64,000 nucleotides of DNA from positions 3,840,001 to 3,904,000 of the forward strand of contig OZ245742.1 of the NCBI GenBank assembly GCA_965227295.1. Direction: 5' to 3'. The position numbers and the translations under genes are program-made. Every line of letters begins with the position of its first letter. The stretch's first letter is position 1. The notes under the pieces were generated by a model. That model did no database searches. It was given only the letters and a program-made list of their open reading frames with translations, and was not told the DNA's origin. This DNA comes from Leptonemataceae bacterium. Its GTDB lineage: Bacteria > Spirochaetota > Leptospiria > Leptospirales > Leptonemataceae. Positions 1 to 10,220 of this stretch are shown here, in pieces.

Positions 1-80
1 GGCGCATGGATGTTGAGACCGGGTGGGGAATCGTAAGATAAGATTCAGTGACTTATCCCCGTTTTCCGACACACCAAAAT

Positions 81-971
81 TCAAGCGACCTCTAAATCCT
101 CGAATTGATTCGGGCTCATAAACCCGATGCTACTATGAACCCTCCGGGGGTTGTAGAAGAGTTCGATGAACTCAAACACAGCCTCCCGGGCATGATCCAC
201 ATCTACAAACTCGTCCGTGCCGATCCCTTCCTTGAGGATCGAGAAGAACGATTCCACACACGCATTGTCCCAACAGTTCCCCCGCCGGCTCATGCTTTGC
301 ACGATGTTGTGGCGACGGAGTTCCACGCGGAACTCACGCGATGCATACTGCACGCCCTGATCCGAATGGAACATCAGCCCCTTGCCCGGCTGCCTCGTCT
401 TCACGGCCATATCCAGCGCCGCCACGGCGAGTTGCGCAGGCATACGATCCTGCACGTCCCAACCGATGATGCGACGCGAGAACAGGTCCATCACAACGCA
501 TAGATAGACCCAGCCAATGCGCGTTTTCAGGAACGTGATATCCGAAGCCCAGACACGATTAGGTTGCGCCACGTTGAAGTTACGGCCGAGCAGATTCGGA
601 GACGCCTTGAAGCGATGATTCGAGTCCGTCGTGCAGACCTTGAATTTTCGCCTTTGTTTCCCGCTGATTCCAGCCTGTTTCATCAGTCGGTGGATACGTG
701 TTTTGCCCACGTATTCGCCCCAACCGCGCAGGATTTCCCGGATCTTGGCGACGCCGCAGCGACCTTGCTCGTGATAGGCCTGCACGATCAAACGCGTAAG
801 TCTGACATCTTCACGATCACGCGCCGACGGTGCACGCTTTACGAAGCGATAGAACGATTTTCGCGAAACCTCAAGTACGCGGGCCATGCGACCGATTGGA
901 AACTCCTCGCGATGAGCTTCCATGAACTCGAAAACTACAGTTCTCTCGATAGCATGGCCGCGAACTTTTTT
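81..971 (-). CDS. IS3-family transposase OrfB (DDE); OrfAB fusion by -1 frameshift
   Basis: WASDITF, FHSDQGVQY, GNCWDNACVESFF catalytic motifs. The frame is open from the A AAA AAG heptamer (965-971) through the ATG at 923. Confidence 0.93.
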   Translation of the reverse strand, partial: KKVRGHAIERTVVFEFMEAHREEFPIGRMARVLEVSRKSFYRFVKRAPSARDREDVRLTRLIVQAYHEQGRCGVAKIREILRGWGEYVGKTRIHRLMKQAGISGKQRRKFKVCTTDSNHRFKASPNLLGRNFNVAQPNRVWASDITFLKTRIGWVYLCVVMDLFSRRIIGWDVQDRMPAQLAVAALDMAVKTRQPGKGLMFHSDQGVQYASREFRVELRRHNIVQSMSRRGNCWDNACVESFFSILKEGIGTDEFVDVDHAREAVFEFIELFYNPRRVHSSIGFMSPNQFEDLEVA

Positions 972-1228
972 AGGATCGTGTTATCCATCTTCAGTTCGGC
1001 GTTCTCTTTACGAAGCTGCTCCAGCTCCTCTTCGACGCTGAGCTTGCTGCGCTTCCCTTTGCCTTTTTCTTCTTTGGCCTCTCGATCCATATACTCCTTC
1101 TTCCACTCACGCAAAGTCCAGTAGCTGATCCCCAGCGACGCCGACACTTCTTTCAGGGTGCGCTCACCCTCCACTACGGCCTTCACGGCCTCCTCGCGGA
1201 ATTCCCGCGGATACCTCTTCTTTTTCAC
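935..1228 (-). CDS. IS3-family transposase OrfA (HTH)
   Basis: RYPREFREEAVK..TLKEVSASLGIS..TLREWKK HTH and a C-terminal leucine zipper ending ILKK. Confidence 0.93.
   Translation of the reverse strand: MKKKRYPREFREEAVKAVVEGERTLKEVSASLGISYWTLREWKKEYMDREAKEEKGKGKRSKLSVEEELEQLRKENAELKMDNTILKKFAAMLSREL
965..971 (-). other. Programmed -1 ribosomal frameshift site A-AAA-AAG
   Basis: The minus strand reads CTA AAA AAG near the end of orfA; the -1 frame (KKVRGHAIERTVVFEFME...) joins orfB without a stop. Confidence 0.85.
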
Positions 1229-1378
1229 TCTGACCTCCTTATTCAGGACGCCCGATTTAGTGTATCAGTTTTCGGGGATAAGCCACCTTTCCGCCTCCTC
1301 ATTTTTTCCCCAATCATCACCAAAAAAATCTCCCGAAACCACAAAAAAATCCATCTAACCCAACCCCAGGAATAATAC

Positions 1379-1407
1379 TTGCCTTCGGCGTGCCCTGACT
1401 CTATCCT
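1379..1407 (+). promoter_or_regulatory. Putative sigma70 promoter of the kdsA-lpt operon
   Basis: TTGCCT-N17-TATCCT, ending 11 nt before the ATG at 1419. Confidence 0.55.
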
Positions 1408-1418
1408 GCGATTTGCCT

Positions 1419-2282
1419 ATGATGATCACCGAACGAGAATTTCTGAACGGGCGGCGCATCGGCGGGGATCAGCCGTTTTTCCTGATCGCCGGGCCCTGCG
1501 TCATCGAGAGCCGCGATATGATCGCGCGGACATGCGAGATCATGCAGGAGCTTTGCGAAGAACTCGGCATCCTGTACATCTTCAAGAGCAGCTTCGATAA
1601 GGCGAACCGCTCGTCGGTGGATTCGCCGCGCGGGCCCGGCATCGACGAGGGGCTCGCACATCTGCGCTACATCAAAGAAACATTCAAGGTCCCGGTGCTC
1701 ACCGATATTCACGAGACGGCCCAGGTGCCGGCGGTGGCCGAGGTCTGCGACGTGTTGCAGATCCCCGCGTTTCTGTGCCGGCAAACCGACCTGCTCATCG
1801 CCTGTGCCGATTCAGGGCGCTGGGTGAACGTGAAAAAAGGCCAGTTCGTGGCGCCGTCGGACTGCGGGGCGATTGTGGAGAAGATCACCGGGCGGGGCTC
1901 GCAGAAGTACCTCATGACCGAACGCGGGGCAACGTTCGGCTACAACAACCTGGTCTTCGATCCGCGTTCCAACGAGATCTTACACGGCATGGACATTCCC
2001 GTCGTCCACGATGCCACGCACAGCACGCAGATGCCCGGCGGCGGCAAGACCAGCGGCGGCAATCGTGAGATGGTTCCGGTCCTCGCCCGGGCGGCGGTGG
2101 CGGCGGGCCTCGAGGGCATCTTCATGGAGGTGCATCCCGATCCGGCGCAGGCGTGGTCCGACGCCTCGAACCAGTACTGGCTCGATAAGGCGCCGGATCT
2201 CGTGCGGCGCCTGTATCGCCTGGATCGTTTTGTGAAGTCGGAGGTCCTTTCCGATGCCGGCGCATCCGTTCAATCCAGCTAA
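1419..2282 (+). CDS. kdsA: 3-deoxy-8-phosphooctulonate (KDO8P) synthase
   Basis: IAGPCVIES, KSSFDKANRSS, QIPAFLCRQTDLL, NVKKGQF, DATHSTQ motifs. Confidence 0.97.
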   Translation: MMITEREFLNGRRIGGDQPFFLIAGPCVIESRDMIARTCEIMQELCEELGILYIFKSSFDKANRSSVDSPRGPGIDEGLAHLRYIKETFKVPVLTDIHETAQVPAVAEVCDVLQIPAFLCRQTDLLIACADSGRWVNVKKGQFVAPSDCGAIVEKITGRGSQKYLMTERGATFGYNNLVFDPRSNEILHGMDIPVVHDATHSTQMPGGGKTSGGNREMVPVLARAAVAAGLEGIFMEVHPDPAQAWSDASNQYWLDKAPDLVRRLYRLDRFVKSEVLSDAGASVQSS

Positions 2283-2868
2283 CTTGCGGCGATTCAATGT
2301 TATGCTGATGCTCTGCGCCGCCAGCCTGCTCGCCGCCTGTTCGGACGGCGCACGCCTTGTGGACGAGGAGATCCGGGAAACCGACGCCACCGTACGCATC
2401 AAGAATTTCCGCCGGCAGTCCATTTCCGTGGACGGCACTCCCGTGTGGTACGTGAAGGCCGAAGAGGCCTTTCTCTACCAGGAAGAGGACAAGCCCGTCC
2501 GCATTGTCGCCTACGATTTTGAATTCGAGCAGTTCAACAAAGACGGCCAACTCTCCGACGTGATGGTCGCCGACCGCGGGGAGATCGATTACCTGGACGA
2601 GATGTACTATCTCACGGGGAACGTCTTTTACGAGGACCAGCTCGGCGACGAGAAGCGCAAGATCACCGCCGAGGAAATCCAGTACGATCGCATTGAGGGC
2701 ATTATGACGTCCGAGAAGCCCCTGGTCATCGAAGAAGAGGGCATGGTGACCCGCTGCACCCGCGGGGCGGAGATCGATACGTTGAACAACCGCCAGGTTT
2801 GCAAGGGGCCCATGGTGATCTCGGTGTCCGAGGAAGGCGGCACGGACGCCGCCGATATTTTCAACTGA
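2254..2868 (+). CDS. lptC: LPS export periplasmic protein LptC (predicted lipoprotein)
   Basis: Lies between kdsA and lptA/lptB; signal peptide with LLAAC lipobox; beta-rich jellyroll-like sequence. Start could be 2298. Confidence 0.75.
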   Translation: MPAHPFNPANLRRFNVMLMLCAASLLAACSDGARLVDEEIRETDATVRIKNFRRQSISVDGTPVWYVKAEEAFLYQEEDKPVRIVAYDFEFEQFNKDGQLSDVMVADRGEIDYLDEMYYLTGNVFYEDQLGDEKRKITAEEIQYDRIEGIMTSEKPLVIEEEGMVTRCTRGAEIDTLNNRQVCKGPMVISVSEEGGTDAADIFN

Positions 2869-2886
2869 GTGCAAACATAAACTAAA

Positions 2887-4404
2887 ATGAAGTTACGCCT
2901 CGACATCTTTGCGATCGTGCTGCTGATCGCTGCCGGTAGCGCCTGCCGTTCTCTCGGCGGTCCGCGGGATGTGCCCGGGCCGTCGACCGATTCCGATGGC
3001 GACCCGGCACTGGTCGACGAAGGCGACGCCGCGAAGGATCAGACGGAAGAAGAAGCCGGGCCCGTTCCCGCTGATTCCGAGAATTTCATCGTCGACGAAA
3101 GCCCCGATAAAAGAGGCCGCAAGGTTCGCACTTCGTTCTCCGGTTACGAGCTGATTCGCGAGATCAAAGAGGACGAGTTCGGCATCAAAACGACCATCAT
3201 CACCATTCGCGGCAACGCCACCATTCGCCACGAAAAAGTACTGATCACCGCCTCGAAGATGACCGTGGTCGACGGCGTACGCGGGGAACTAGTGGGCAAT
3301 GTGCGCATCTATGATCGTGAGAGCGGACTGCGGGTCTATGCCGCCCGCGCTGACTACGATCGCGACGAACAGCTCGTGAATCTCAGCGGCAGCCCGCATC
3401 TTACCGTTCAGCAGGAGGGCCAGAAGCCCACGCTCGTGACCTGCACGAAGATCGTTCGGGACCTGGCGGCGAAGACGGCGACTCTTGACGGCGACGTGCG
3501 CATCCACCACGATTCCTGGACCGTGATCGGTGACGCCGCCGTCTACTACGACCAGGAGAATCGTGTCGTTGTGAAAGACAATCCGCTGCTCTTCGGGGAG
3601 CGGCAGTTTCTCTCGGGCGATCAGATCACCTACAACGTCAAAGAACGCACCGCGTTTCTGGAAGGGCGCACCACGTACATCTCCGGCGGGGACGGCGACG
3701 ACAACGTTTTCGGCGACGTGGCCACCGGCCCGCCGCCGGGCCTGGAAGAGTACACGCGCAAGGGTGGCAACATCGATCGGCCGGCTCCGTCAGAAAACGA
3801 CGGCGAGGACGGCGAGGTGAAAGACGCCGGGCCGTTTTACTTAACCGCCGATCAAATCCAGCACAGCTTCCCGCGCGGCGAAGAACCCACCACCGAGGTG
3901 CGCGGCAACGTGCTCATGACACGCGGCGAATCCCTGGTCATTGAGACGCCGTATCTCGTCGCCCTGGGCCGCGACTTTCATACGATCCACACGGAGGAGG
4001 GCGTGCAGATGACCGACCGCGAACGCGGTATGTACGTCGAGGCCGGCGTGATGGACTATCAATCGAACGAAGAGATGTTGCGCCTGGAAGGCAATCCGTT
4101 CATCGACTTTCTGAAAAAAGACGGCACGGTGGAAGCGACGCTGAGCGGCGCGGTCATCGAACGCGACTTCGCCGACGGTTCGACTTCGGCCTGGGGCGAT
4201 GTGCGCATTGAACGCGAACGTTACACGGCCACCGGTGAGATGGCCACGTTCTACGAGGACGCCGATGTTATCGTACTCGAAGGCGAACCCGGTCTCGAAG
4301 ACGGGCCGAGTAAGATTCGCGCCGAGAAGATTCTGTTTTATCCGGAGAAAAACCGGGTGTTACTCTACAATCGCATTCGCGGTTACCTGGGAACGGAGGG
4401 CTGA
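2887..4404 (+). CDS. lptA: LptA/OstA-family protein, multi-repeat, predicted lipoprotein
   Basis: Repeated OstA-like strands (L.GNVRI, LDGDVRI, LEGNP, LEGEP); signal ending AGSAC; directly upstream of lptB. Confidence 0.75.
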   Translation: MKLRLDIFAIVLLIAAGSACRSLGGPRDVPGPSTDSDGDPALVDEGDAAKDQTEEEAGPVPADSENFIVDESPDKRGRKVRTSFSGYELIREIKEDEFGIKTTIITIRGNATIRHEKVLITASKMTVVDGVRGELVGNVRIYDRESGLRVYAARADYDRDEQLVNLSGSPHLTVQQEGQKPTLVTCTKIVRDLAAKTATLDGDVRIHHDSWTVIGDAAVYYDQENRVVVKDNPLLFGERQFLSGDQITYNVKERTAFLEGRTTYISGGDGDDNVFGDVATGPPPGLEEYTRKGGNIDRPAPSENDGEDGEVKDAGPFYLTADQIQHSFPRGEEPTTEVRGNVLMTRGESLVIETPYLVALGRDFHTIHTEEGVQMTDRERGMYVEAGVMDYQSNEEMLRLEGNPFIDFLKKDGTVEATLSGAVIERDFADGSTSAWGDVRIERERYTATGEMATFYEDADVIVLEGEPGLEDGPSKIRAEKILFYPEKNRVLLYNRIRGYLGTEG

Positions 4405-5204
4405 TGCCTGCAACCGAAGACAAGACCAAACGCCGGAGCACCGCGCGCAAGAAGCGCCGGGAGATTCCCTTCGATCCGTCCGCGCGCGTGTTGCGCGGGC
4501 AGAACCTGGTAAAGATCTACAACAAACGCAAGGTCGTCGACCGGGTCAGCTTCGAGATTCGCCAGCGCGAGATCGTCGGCCTGCTCGGGCCGAACGGGGC
4601 CGGCAAGACCACTTCGTTTTACATGGCCGTGGGACTCGTGCAGCCGGATGAGGGTCGCGTATTCATCGACAACGAGGACATTACGCATCTGCCCATGTAC
4701 CGTAAGGCGCGCCTGGGCATCGGCTATCTGCCCCAGGAAGCTTCCGTTTTTCGTAAGTTAACGGTGGCCGAGAACATCGAGGCGGTGCTGGAGATGCAGG
4801 GCCTCGCCCGCGCGGAGATCGTGCGTCGGCGGGACGCGTTGCTGGACGAACTGCAGTTGCATCGCGTATCGAATCAGAACGGTTATACGTTGTCCGGCGG
4901 CGAGCGCCGACGTTGTGAGATTGCGCGGGCCCTGGCCACGGAACCGGACTTCATCCTGCTGGACGAACCCTTTGCCGGGGTCGACCCCATCGCCGTAAAA
5001 GACATCCAGGAACTGGTGGACCATCTTCGCGATCGCGGCCTGGGCATCCTCATTACCGACCACAACGTTCGCGAAACGTTGAAGATTACGGATCGTTCGT
5101 ACATCATGTACGCCGGGCAAATCCTGCGGAGCGGCGAGCCGCGAGAACTCGTAAACGACGTGGAGATCCGCAAGAAATACCTGGGAGAAGACTTTCGTCT
5201 GTAG
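4404..5204 (+). CDS. lptB: LPS export ABC transporter ATP-binding protein
   Basis: [60 protein letters not shown]. Confidence 0.97.
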   Translation: MPATEDKTKRRSTARKKRREIPFDPSARVLRGQNLVKIYNKRKVVDRVSFEIRQREIVGLLGPNGAGKTTSFYMAVGLVQPDEGRVFIDNEDITHLPMYRKARLGIGYLPQEASVFRKLTVAENIEAVLEMQGLARAEIVRRRDALLDELQLHRVSNQNGYTLSGGERRRCEIARALATEPDFILLDEPFAGVDPIAVKDIQELVDHLRDRGLGILITDHNVRETLKITDRSYIMYAGQILRSGEPRELVNDVEIRKKYLGEDFRL

Positions 5205-5238
5205 CAGGCGGCGAAGGTCATTTGAGAGTACAGCAAAC

Positions 5239-6741
5239 ATGGCGCTCAGTCAAAATTTAGTACAGAAGCAGACCCAGCGACTGGTCATCACCCAGGATCT
5301 GCGGCAGTCCATCGAACTCTTGCCGCTTTCGAATCTGGAGTTGTCGGAGCGCATTCAAAAAGAAATCCTGGAAAATCCGCTGCTGGAGGAACGTGAATCC
5401 GAGAGCGGCGAAAATTCGGCGGCGGCCCAGGCCGTGCCGGCCGAGAAACCGAAGACCGAGGGCCAGGACGACGGCGAGGGCGAAGATTCCTGGCGCAGTG
5501 AAACATCCGAGCGCGCGGCCGAACGCGACTTCGGTTCCCGGGAGTACAACCGCAACGATTACAGCCCCGGTGACGCCGCCCGCGGTGCCGAGCGCGCCGA
5601 GCAGAAGCATCAGTTCATTCAGAACGGTGTCTCTTCGAACGAGTCTCTCGCCGATCATCTGCTCTGGCAACTGCGCATGTCCGATCTTGAGAGCGCCGAG
5701 ATCGAAGCCGGAGAGATGATCATCTCCGCCATCGACGAGCGCGGCTTTCTCGTGGAACCGCTGGAAGATTTGATTGCCGGCACCGAAGTAAAGTTCGCCG
5801 ACGCGAGCCGCGCCTTAGAACAGATTCACGGTTTCGATCCCATCGGCTGCGGGGCGCGGGACATTCCGTCGTCGCTGCTGGTTCAGGCGCGGCTGTTGCA
5901 TCCGGAGGACCTCATTACGCGGCGGCTGCTCGCCGAACACTTCGAGGACCTGGAAAAGCTCGATTATAAAAAGATCGAGCGGGTGACGGGTTACTCGCGC
6001 GACGACATCGAAACCTCGCTGCAGTTCGTTCGAACCCTGGAGCCGTACCCGGGCACCCTCTTTGCCGGTCGACAGCCGGAGTACATCGTCCCCGACGTGC
6101 TCATCGTCGACCTGACTGACGGCTTCGAGGTGGTCATCAATGACGACTGGCTGCCGACCCTGGGCATCAACGACGAGTACCGCGATATGCTGCGGTCTAC
6201 CCGCAAACAAACCGAAGATCGCGAGTACTTACAGACGAAGCTGACGTCCGCGCAGTGGCTGATCAAGAGTATTCGCCAGCGTCGGCAGACACTCTATCGC
6301 GTGATGAAGGCGATCCTGGAATTTCAGGAAGATTTTTTCCGCAACGGCCAGGGCCATCTGCGCCCGCTCACGCTGCGCATGGTCGCGGAGAAGGTGGAAC
6401 TGCACGAATCCACGGTCTCCCGGATTACCACGAACAAGTACGCCCAGACGCGCTGGGGCGTTTTCGAACTGAAGTACTTCTTCTCCAGTTCACTGCGATC
6501 GTCCGGCGGCGGCAGCGAGAAACACTCCGCCCGCAGCATCCAGGACCGCATCCGGATCCTGGTCGAAGAAGAGGATGACGAGAACCCCCTCTCGGATCAG
6601 GAAATTATGGAGAAGATTAAGGCGGAGGGCGTGCAGATCGCCCGTCGGACGGTCGCCAAGTACCGTAAGATCCTGAAAATTCTGCCCGCGGATCGTCGCA
6701 AGAAACTGAAGAAGTTGAACAACGCCCGATCATCCAATTGA
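5239..6741 (+). CDS. rpoN: RNA polymerase sigma-54 factor
   Basis: Gln/Leu-rich region I, ELHESTVSR HTH, RpoN box ARRTVAKYR. Confidence 0.97.
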   Translation: MALSQNLVQKQTQRLVITQDLRQSIELLPLSNLELSERIQKEILENPLLEERESESGENSAAAQAVPAEKPKTEGQDDGEGEDSWRSETSERAAERDFGSREYNRNDYSPGDAARGAERAEQKHQFIQNGVSSNESLADHLLWQLRMSDLESAEIEAGEMIISAIDERGFLVEPLEDLIAGTEVKFADASRALEQIHGFDPIGCGARDIPSSLLVQARLLHPEDLITRRLLAEHFEDLEKLDYKKIERVTGYSRDDIETSLQFVRTLEPYPGTLFAGRQPEYIVPDVLIVDLTDGFEVVINDDWLPTLGINDEYRDMLRSTRKQTEDREYLQTKLTSAQWLIKSIRQRRQTLYRVMKAILEFQEDFFRNGQGHLRPLTLRMVAEKVELHESTVSRITTNKYAQTRWGVFELKYFFSSSLRSSGGGSEKHSARSIQDRIRILVEEEDDENPLSDQEIMEKIKAEGVQIARRTVAKYRKILKILPADRRKKLKKLNNARSSN

Positions 6742-6798
6742 CAGCACGCTGACGCCGGTAAAAATGATACCCGCATCAAGCAAGGAGTTTCGTTCGCA

Positions 6799-7101
6799 AT
6801 GAACATCACGTACTACTTTCAGAACCTCGAAGCCTCGGACGCGATCAAAGACTACTGCGACAAGAAGATCGAAAAACTGTCGTCGCACTTCAACTCCCTT
6901 ATGTCCGCCGACGTGCGTTGCAAGGTCGAGAAGATCGAACAGATCGTGGAGATCCAGATTAACGCGGACAAAGAGCAGTTCATTGCTTCGGAGTCCCACG
7001 AGGACATGTACGCCGCCATCGATCTGGTCGAAGAGAAACTTGAAAAACAAATCCGCCGCCACAAAGAGAAAGTGCTCGATCGCAAACATCGCCCGCACTG
7101 A
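6799..7101 (+). CDS. hpf: Ribosome hibernation promoting factor (short HPF/RaiA)
   Basis: KIEKL..F, DMYAAIDLVEEKLEKQIRRHKEK; follows rpoN; AAGGAG RBS. Confidence 0.92.
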   Translation: MNITYYFQNLEASDAIKDYCDKKIEKLSSHFNSLMSADVRCKVEKIEQIVEIQINADKEQFIASESHEDMYAAIDLVEEKLEKQIRRHKEKVLDRKHRPH

Positions 7102-7125
7102 ACGCCGGCGAACCCCTGAATCAGC

Positions 7126-8070
7126 ATGAGTTACATTGAGGCCGGAGAACTCCTCGAAAAAAAGCCGGAGCTGGGTCTACAGCTCGTGGCCGGGGAGGGC
7201 GGTCTCGGTCGTCACCTGGTCTCCATCGACGTGAACCGGCCCGGCCTCGCCCTGGCCGGATACTACCGCAACTTTGCCGCGGACCGCATCCAGGTTTTCG
7301 GCCGCGGCGAAACCGCATACCTCGAGGATTGCAACGACAGCGATCTCGAACGCATCATCGCGGAGTTCTTTCGCTTCGAACATCCCGGTCTCATTTTCAC
7401 GCACGACAAACGTCCGCCGAAGCAGTTCGTCGACGCCTCGATGGAAACGAGCACCCCCTTGTTCAGCACGGGGATGACCACGCACAACTTTATTGTCCAG
7501 TTCACACGCTTTATGAGCGAGGAGTTGGCGCCGAGCACGTCGTTGCACGGCGTGTTGATCGACGTCTTCGGCGTCGGCATTCTTTTGATGGGACCGAGCG
7601 GCATCGGTAAATCCGAAACGGCCCTGGAACTCGTCGAGCGCGGTCACCGCCTGGTGGCCGACGACATCGTGCACATTCGCTGCGTGGATGAGAGCGATCT
7701 GGTGGGCATGGCCAGCGAGGTGATTCAACATCACATGGAACTGCGCGGTGTGGGCATCATCAACGTCAAAGATCTGTTCGGCGTCGGCGCGATCCTGGGG
7801 CGTTGCCGCATCAACCTGGTCATTCGCATGGAGGACTGGGATCAGGAAAAGGACTACGAACGCCTGGGCCTGGAAGACGAGTACGTCGACATCCTGGGCG
7901 TCAAGGTTCCACGCATTCTGCTTCCGGTGCGGCCCGGTCGGAACGTGCCCATTCTCATTGAAACGGCGGCCATGAACCATCGCTCGAAGCGTATGGGCTA
8001 TCACGCGGCGCGGGAATTGTCCCAACGCATCAGCCGGCAGATTTCCGAAAAGAGCACCAAACGACCCTAG
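7126..8070 (+). CDS. hprK: HPr(Ser) kinase/phosphorylase
   Basis: NRPGLALAG, HGVLIDVFGVGILLMGPSGIGKSETALEL..RGHRLVADD, PVRPGRN. Confidence 0.97.
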   Translation: MSYIEAGELLEKKPELGLQLVAGEGGLGRHLVSIDVNRPGLALAGYYRNFAADRIQVFGRGETAYLEDCNDSDLERIIAEFFRFEHPGLIFTHDKRPPKQFVDASMETSTPLFSTGMTTHNFIVQFTRFMSEELAPSTSLHGVLIDVFGVGILLMGPSGIGKSETALELVERGHRLVADDIVHIRCVDESDLVGMASEVIQHHMELRGVGIINVKDLFGVGAILGRCRINLVIRMEDWDQEKDYERLGLEDEYVDILGVKVPRILLPVRPGRNVPILIETAAMNHRSKRMGYHAARELSQRISRQISEKSTKRP

Positions 8071-8098
8071 GTGCTTTTGATCATCAATCAGGCTTAAC

Positions 8099-8356
8099 AT
8101 GCAATCGAGAGAAATTACCATCACTCATGCCGAGGGCGTACACGCTCGCCCCGCTTCGATCTTCGTCCGGGAGGCGGCGAAGTTTCAATCCGAGGTCACG
8201 CTGACATCCGACGGCACCACCGTGAACGGTAAATCCATCATGGGTTTGCTCATGCTCGCGTTGAACAGCGGCGCGGTGGTCACGCTGGAAACCGACGGCA
8301 GCGACGAAGAGGACGCCGCCGAGAAACTCGCCGGGATTCTCTCAGGGAGTTTCTAA
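8099..8356 (+). CDS. ptsH: Phosphocarrier protein HPr
   Basis: GVHARPAS (His15) and NGKSIMGL (Ser46). Confidence 0.95.
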   Translation: MQSREITITHAEGVHARPASIFVREAAKFQSEVTLTSDGTTVNGKSIMGLLMLALNSGAVVTLETDGSDEEDAAEKLAGILSGSF

Positions 8357-8358
8357 AG

Positions 8359-10191
8359 ATGGTGGGAGTGCGCACGTCTTCGAACGCTCCCTGGCAACAG
8401 GAAGAGCGCAAGATCTATCTGCGGGACATCTTTTTTCTCGCGCTGATCGTCGTCGTAAGCGTGCTTGTCTCGGAGCAATTTCTGCTGAACGAAGAGGCGA
8501 CCATCGTGGATCGCATCTTCACGTACCTGTTGCTCTTCATTCCCATGGGCACGTTCAATCTGATTGCCCACTACTACTACCGCAATCGCCGCATTCGCCA
8601 GACCGGGAATCTACGCAGCAGCCTGCGCTATCGCCTGAGCATTGCGTTCATGCTGATCGCCATCATTCCGTCGATTCCCATCTTTCTGATTTCCGCGAAC
8701 AACGTGGAGCAGGTCGTGGAATCGCTGTTTAACGTGGACGTGGCCGGCGCCATGGAATCGGCCCAGGCCGCCATCCGTTACTATGAACGCCAGGAAGCGG
8801 ATCGCTTTTATCAAGAAATCACCGCGGCGGCGCCGGCCCTGAAAGACGGGACGACCGACAATCCCGGACGTGATATCAATCGGCTGCGCGAGGCGGGCAT
8901 CCTGGTTGCCGGTAAGGATTTCGTCGGCGTCTCCCACGGCGGCCAGTTCGTCTTCGCCTCCGGCAACGCGTACCGCGGAGAGAAGATGCCGCTTTTCAGC
9001 GAGGCCGGAAACTACAGCGCGCCCTTCGCCGCGGCGCGCTGGAAGGGCATCGACTATATCTTTTATCGCTTCGACGCCGTGGACGCGGAGCGCGAAATCA
9101 ACGGCCACCTCATTGTCGGGCAACGGTTGCATCCGGGCCTGGAAGACCACGTTACGAACTACCAGCGTGTGCACGACAGTTTCGAAGAGGTGGGCTTCTG
9201 GAATCAACAGGTGCCGGGCACGCTGCGCCTGGGACTCGCGTTGCTCTACGTATTCATGATTTGCTCCGCGCTGGTGATCTCGCTCTTGATCGCACGACAG
9301 ATATCGCTGCCCATCGTCTCCCTGGCGGCGGCGACGCGCCAGGTGGCGGACGGTGATCTGGACACCCGCCTGGATTTGAAGGCGAGCGGTGAGCTGGGCA
9401 TCCTCATCGAAAGTTTCAATCAGATGACCTTAGAGCTGCGCAGCCTGCGCGAACGATTGCTGCATTCCCAACGCCTGGCCGCCTGGCAGGAGGTCGCGCG
9501 GCGTCTCGCCCATGAAATCAAGAACCCGCTCACGCCCATTCAGCTGAGCGCGGATCGAATGATTCGCCGTCTGGAGCGGCCGGAGAAAGGGAACCTCGCC
9601 GATGTGGTGCGCAACGGTTGTCGGACGATCATCGAACAGGTAAAAGTACTCAAGGAACTCGTTTCGGAGTTCGCATCGTTCGCGCGTCTTCCCCGCGCGC
9701 GCATGCAGGAATCGAATCTGGACGCCATCGTCTCCGAGGCGGTGAACGGTTTCCAGGCCGTAGTCCCCGGCATATCCATCGAGATGCGCCTCGCCGGAAA
9801 CCTGCCGGAGATCCCCCTCGACCGAACCATCATCATCGGTATGACCAACAATCTCGTCAAGAATGCCGTGGAGTCCATTGCCTCCCAGCCGGCGGAGCAG
9901 CGGCGGAATCCCCAGCGCGTCGTCCTCTCGACGGCGTTGATTCGCCAGGGCATTCGACGTTTTGTCCGACTGCGCGTTGAGGACAGCGGCCCGGGCATCG
10001 AAGAAGACTTGCGCGATCGCATCTTCGAACCTTACTTTACCACCAAGGGTCGGGCCGGCAGCGGCCTCGGCCTGTCCATCGTGGAACGCTCGGCCATGGA
10101 ACACGACGCCCGGCTACAGGTGGGCGCGTCTTCCCTGGGCGGGGCTGAGTTTACGATACTCTTTCCGCTCCCGGATCCTTCCGGGCGCTAA
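8359..10191 (+). CDS. NtrY-like membrane sensor histidine kinase (HAMP, HisKA, HATPase)
   Basis: Several TM segments, HAMP, AWQEVARRLAHEIKNPLTPIQLSA, DSGPG, PYFTTK, GSGLGL. Confidence 0.92.
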   Translation: MVGVRTSSNAPWQQEERKIYLRDIFFLALIVVVSVLVSEQFLLNEEATIVDRIFTYLLLFIPMGTFNLIAHYYYRNRRIRQTGNLRSSLRYRLSIAFMLIAIIPSIPIFLISANNVEQVVESLFNVDVAGAMESAQAAIRYYERQEADRFYQEITAAAPALKDGTTDNPGRDINRLREAGILVAGKDFVGVSHGGQFVFASGNAYRGEKMPLFSEAGNYSAPFAAARWKGIDYIFYRFDAVDAEREINGHLIVGQRLHPGLEDHVTNYQRVHDSFEEVGFWNQQVPGTLRLGLALLYVFMICSALVISLLIARQISLPIVSLAAATRQVADGDLDTRLDLKASGELGILIESFNQMTLELRSLRERLLHSQRLAAWQEVARRLAHEIKNPLTPIQLSADRMIRRLERPEKGNLADVVRNGCRTIIEQVKVLKELVSEFASFARLPRARMQESNLDAIVSEAVNGFQAVVPGISIEMRLAGNLPEIPLDRTIIIGMTNNLVKNAVESIASQPAEQRRNPQRVVLSTALIRQGIRRFVRLRVEDSGPGIEEDLRDRIFEPYFTTKGRAGSGLGLSIVERSAMEHDARLQVGASSLGGAEFTILFPLPDPSGR

Positions 10192-10220
10192 GTTACGCGA
10201 AGTTAGCATTTAGAAATTTT

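Larger units (their letters stand above)
49..1285 (-). mobile_element. IS3-family insertion sequence (~1237 bp)
   Basis: TG...CA ends. Imperfect terminal inverted repeats at 49-74 (TGACTTATCCCCGTTTTCCGACACAC) and 1260-1285 (revcomp TGGCTTATCCCCGAAAACTGATACAC), 19/26 identical. orfA/orfB arrangement. Confidence 0.93.

Noticed and set aside
1286..1378. A/C-rich tract with two CAAAAAAATC motifs right of the IS
   Set aside because: Low complexity; may be promoter-upstream A-tracts, but no specific function can be supported
7177..8124. Long antisense ORFs (also 10569-11540, 16983-18287, 43862-44902, 56081-57376)
   Set aside because: They shadow well-supported genes on the opposite strand, as expected from GC3-biased codon usage, and have no recognisable motifs
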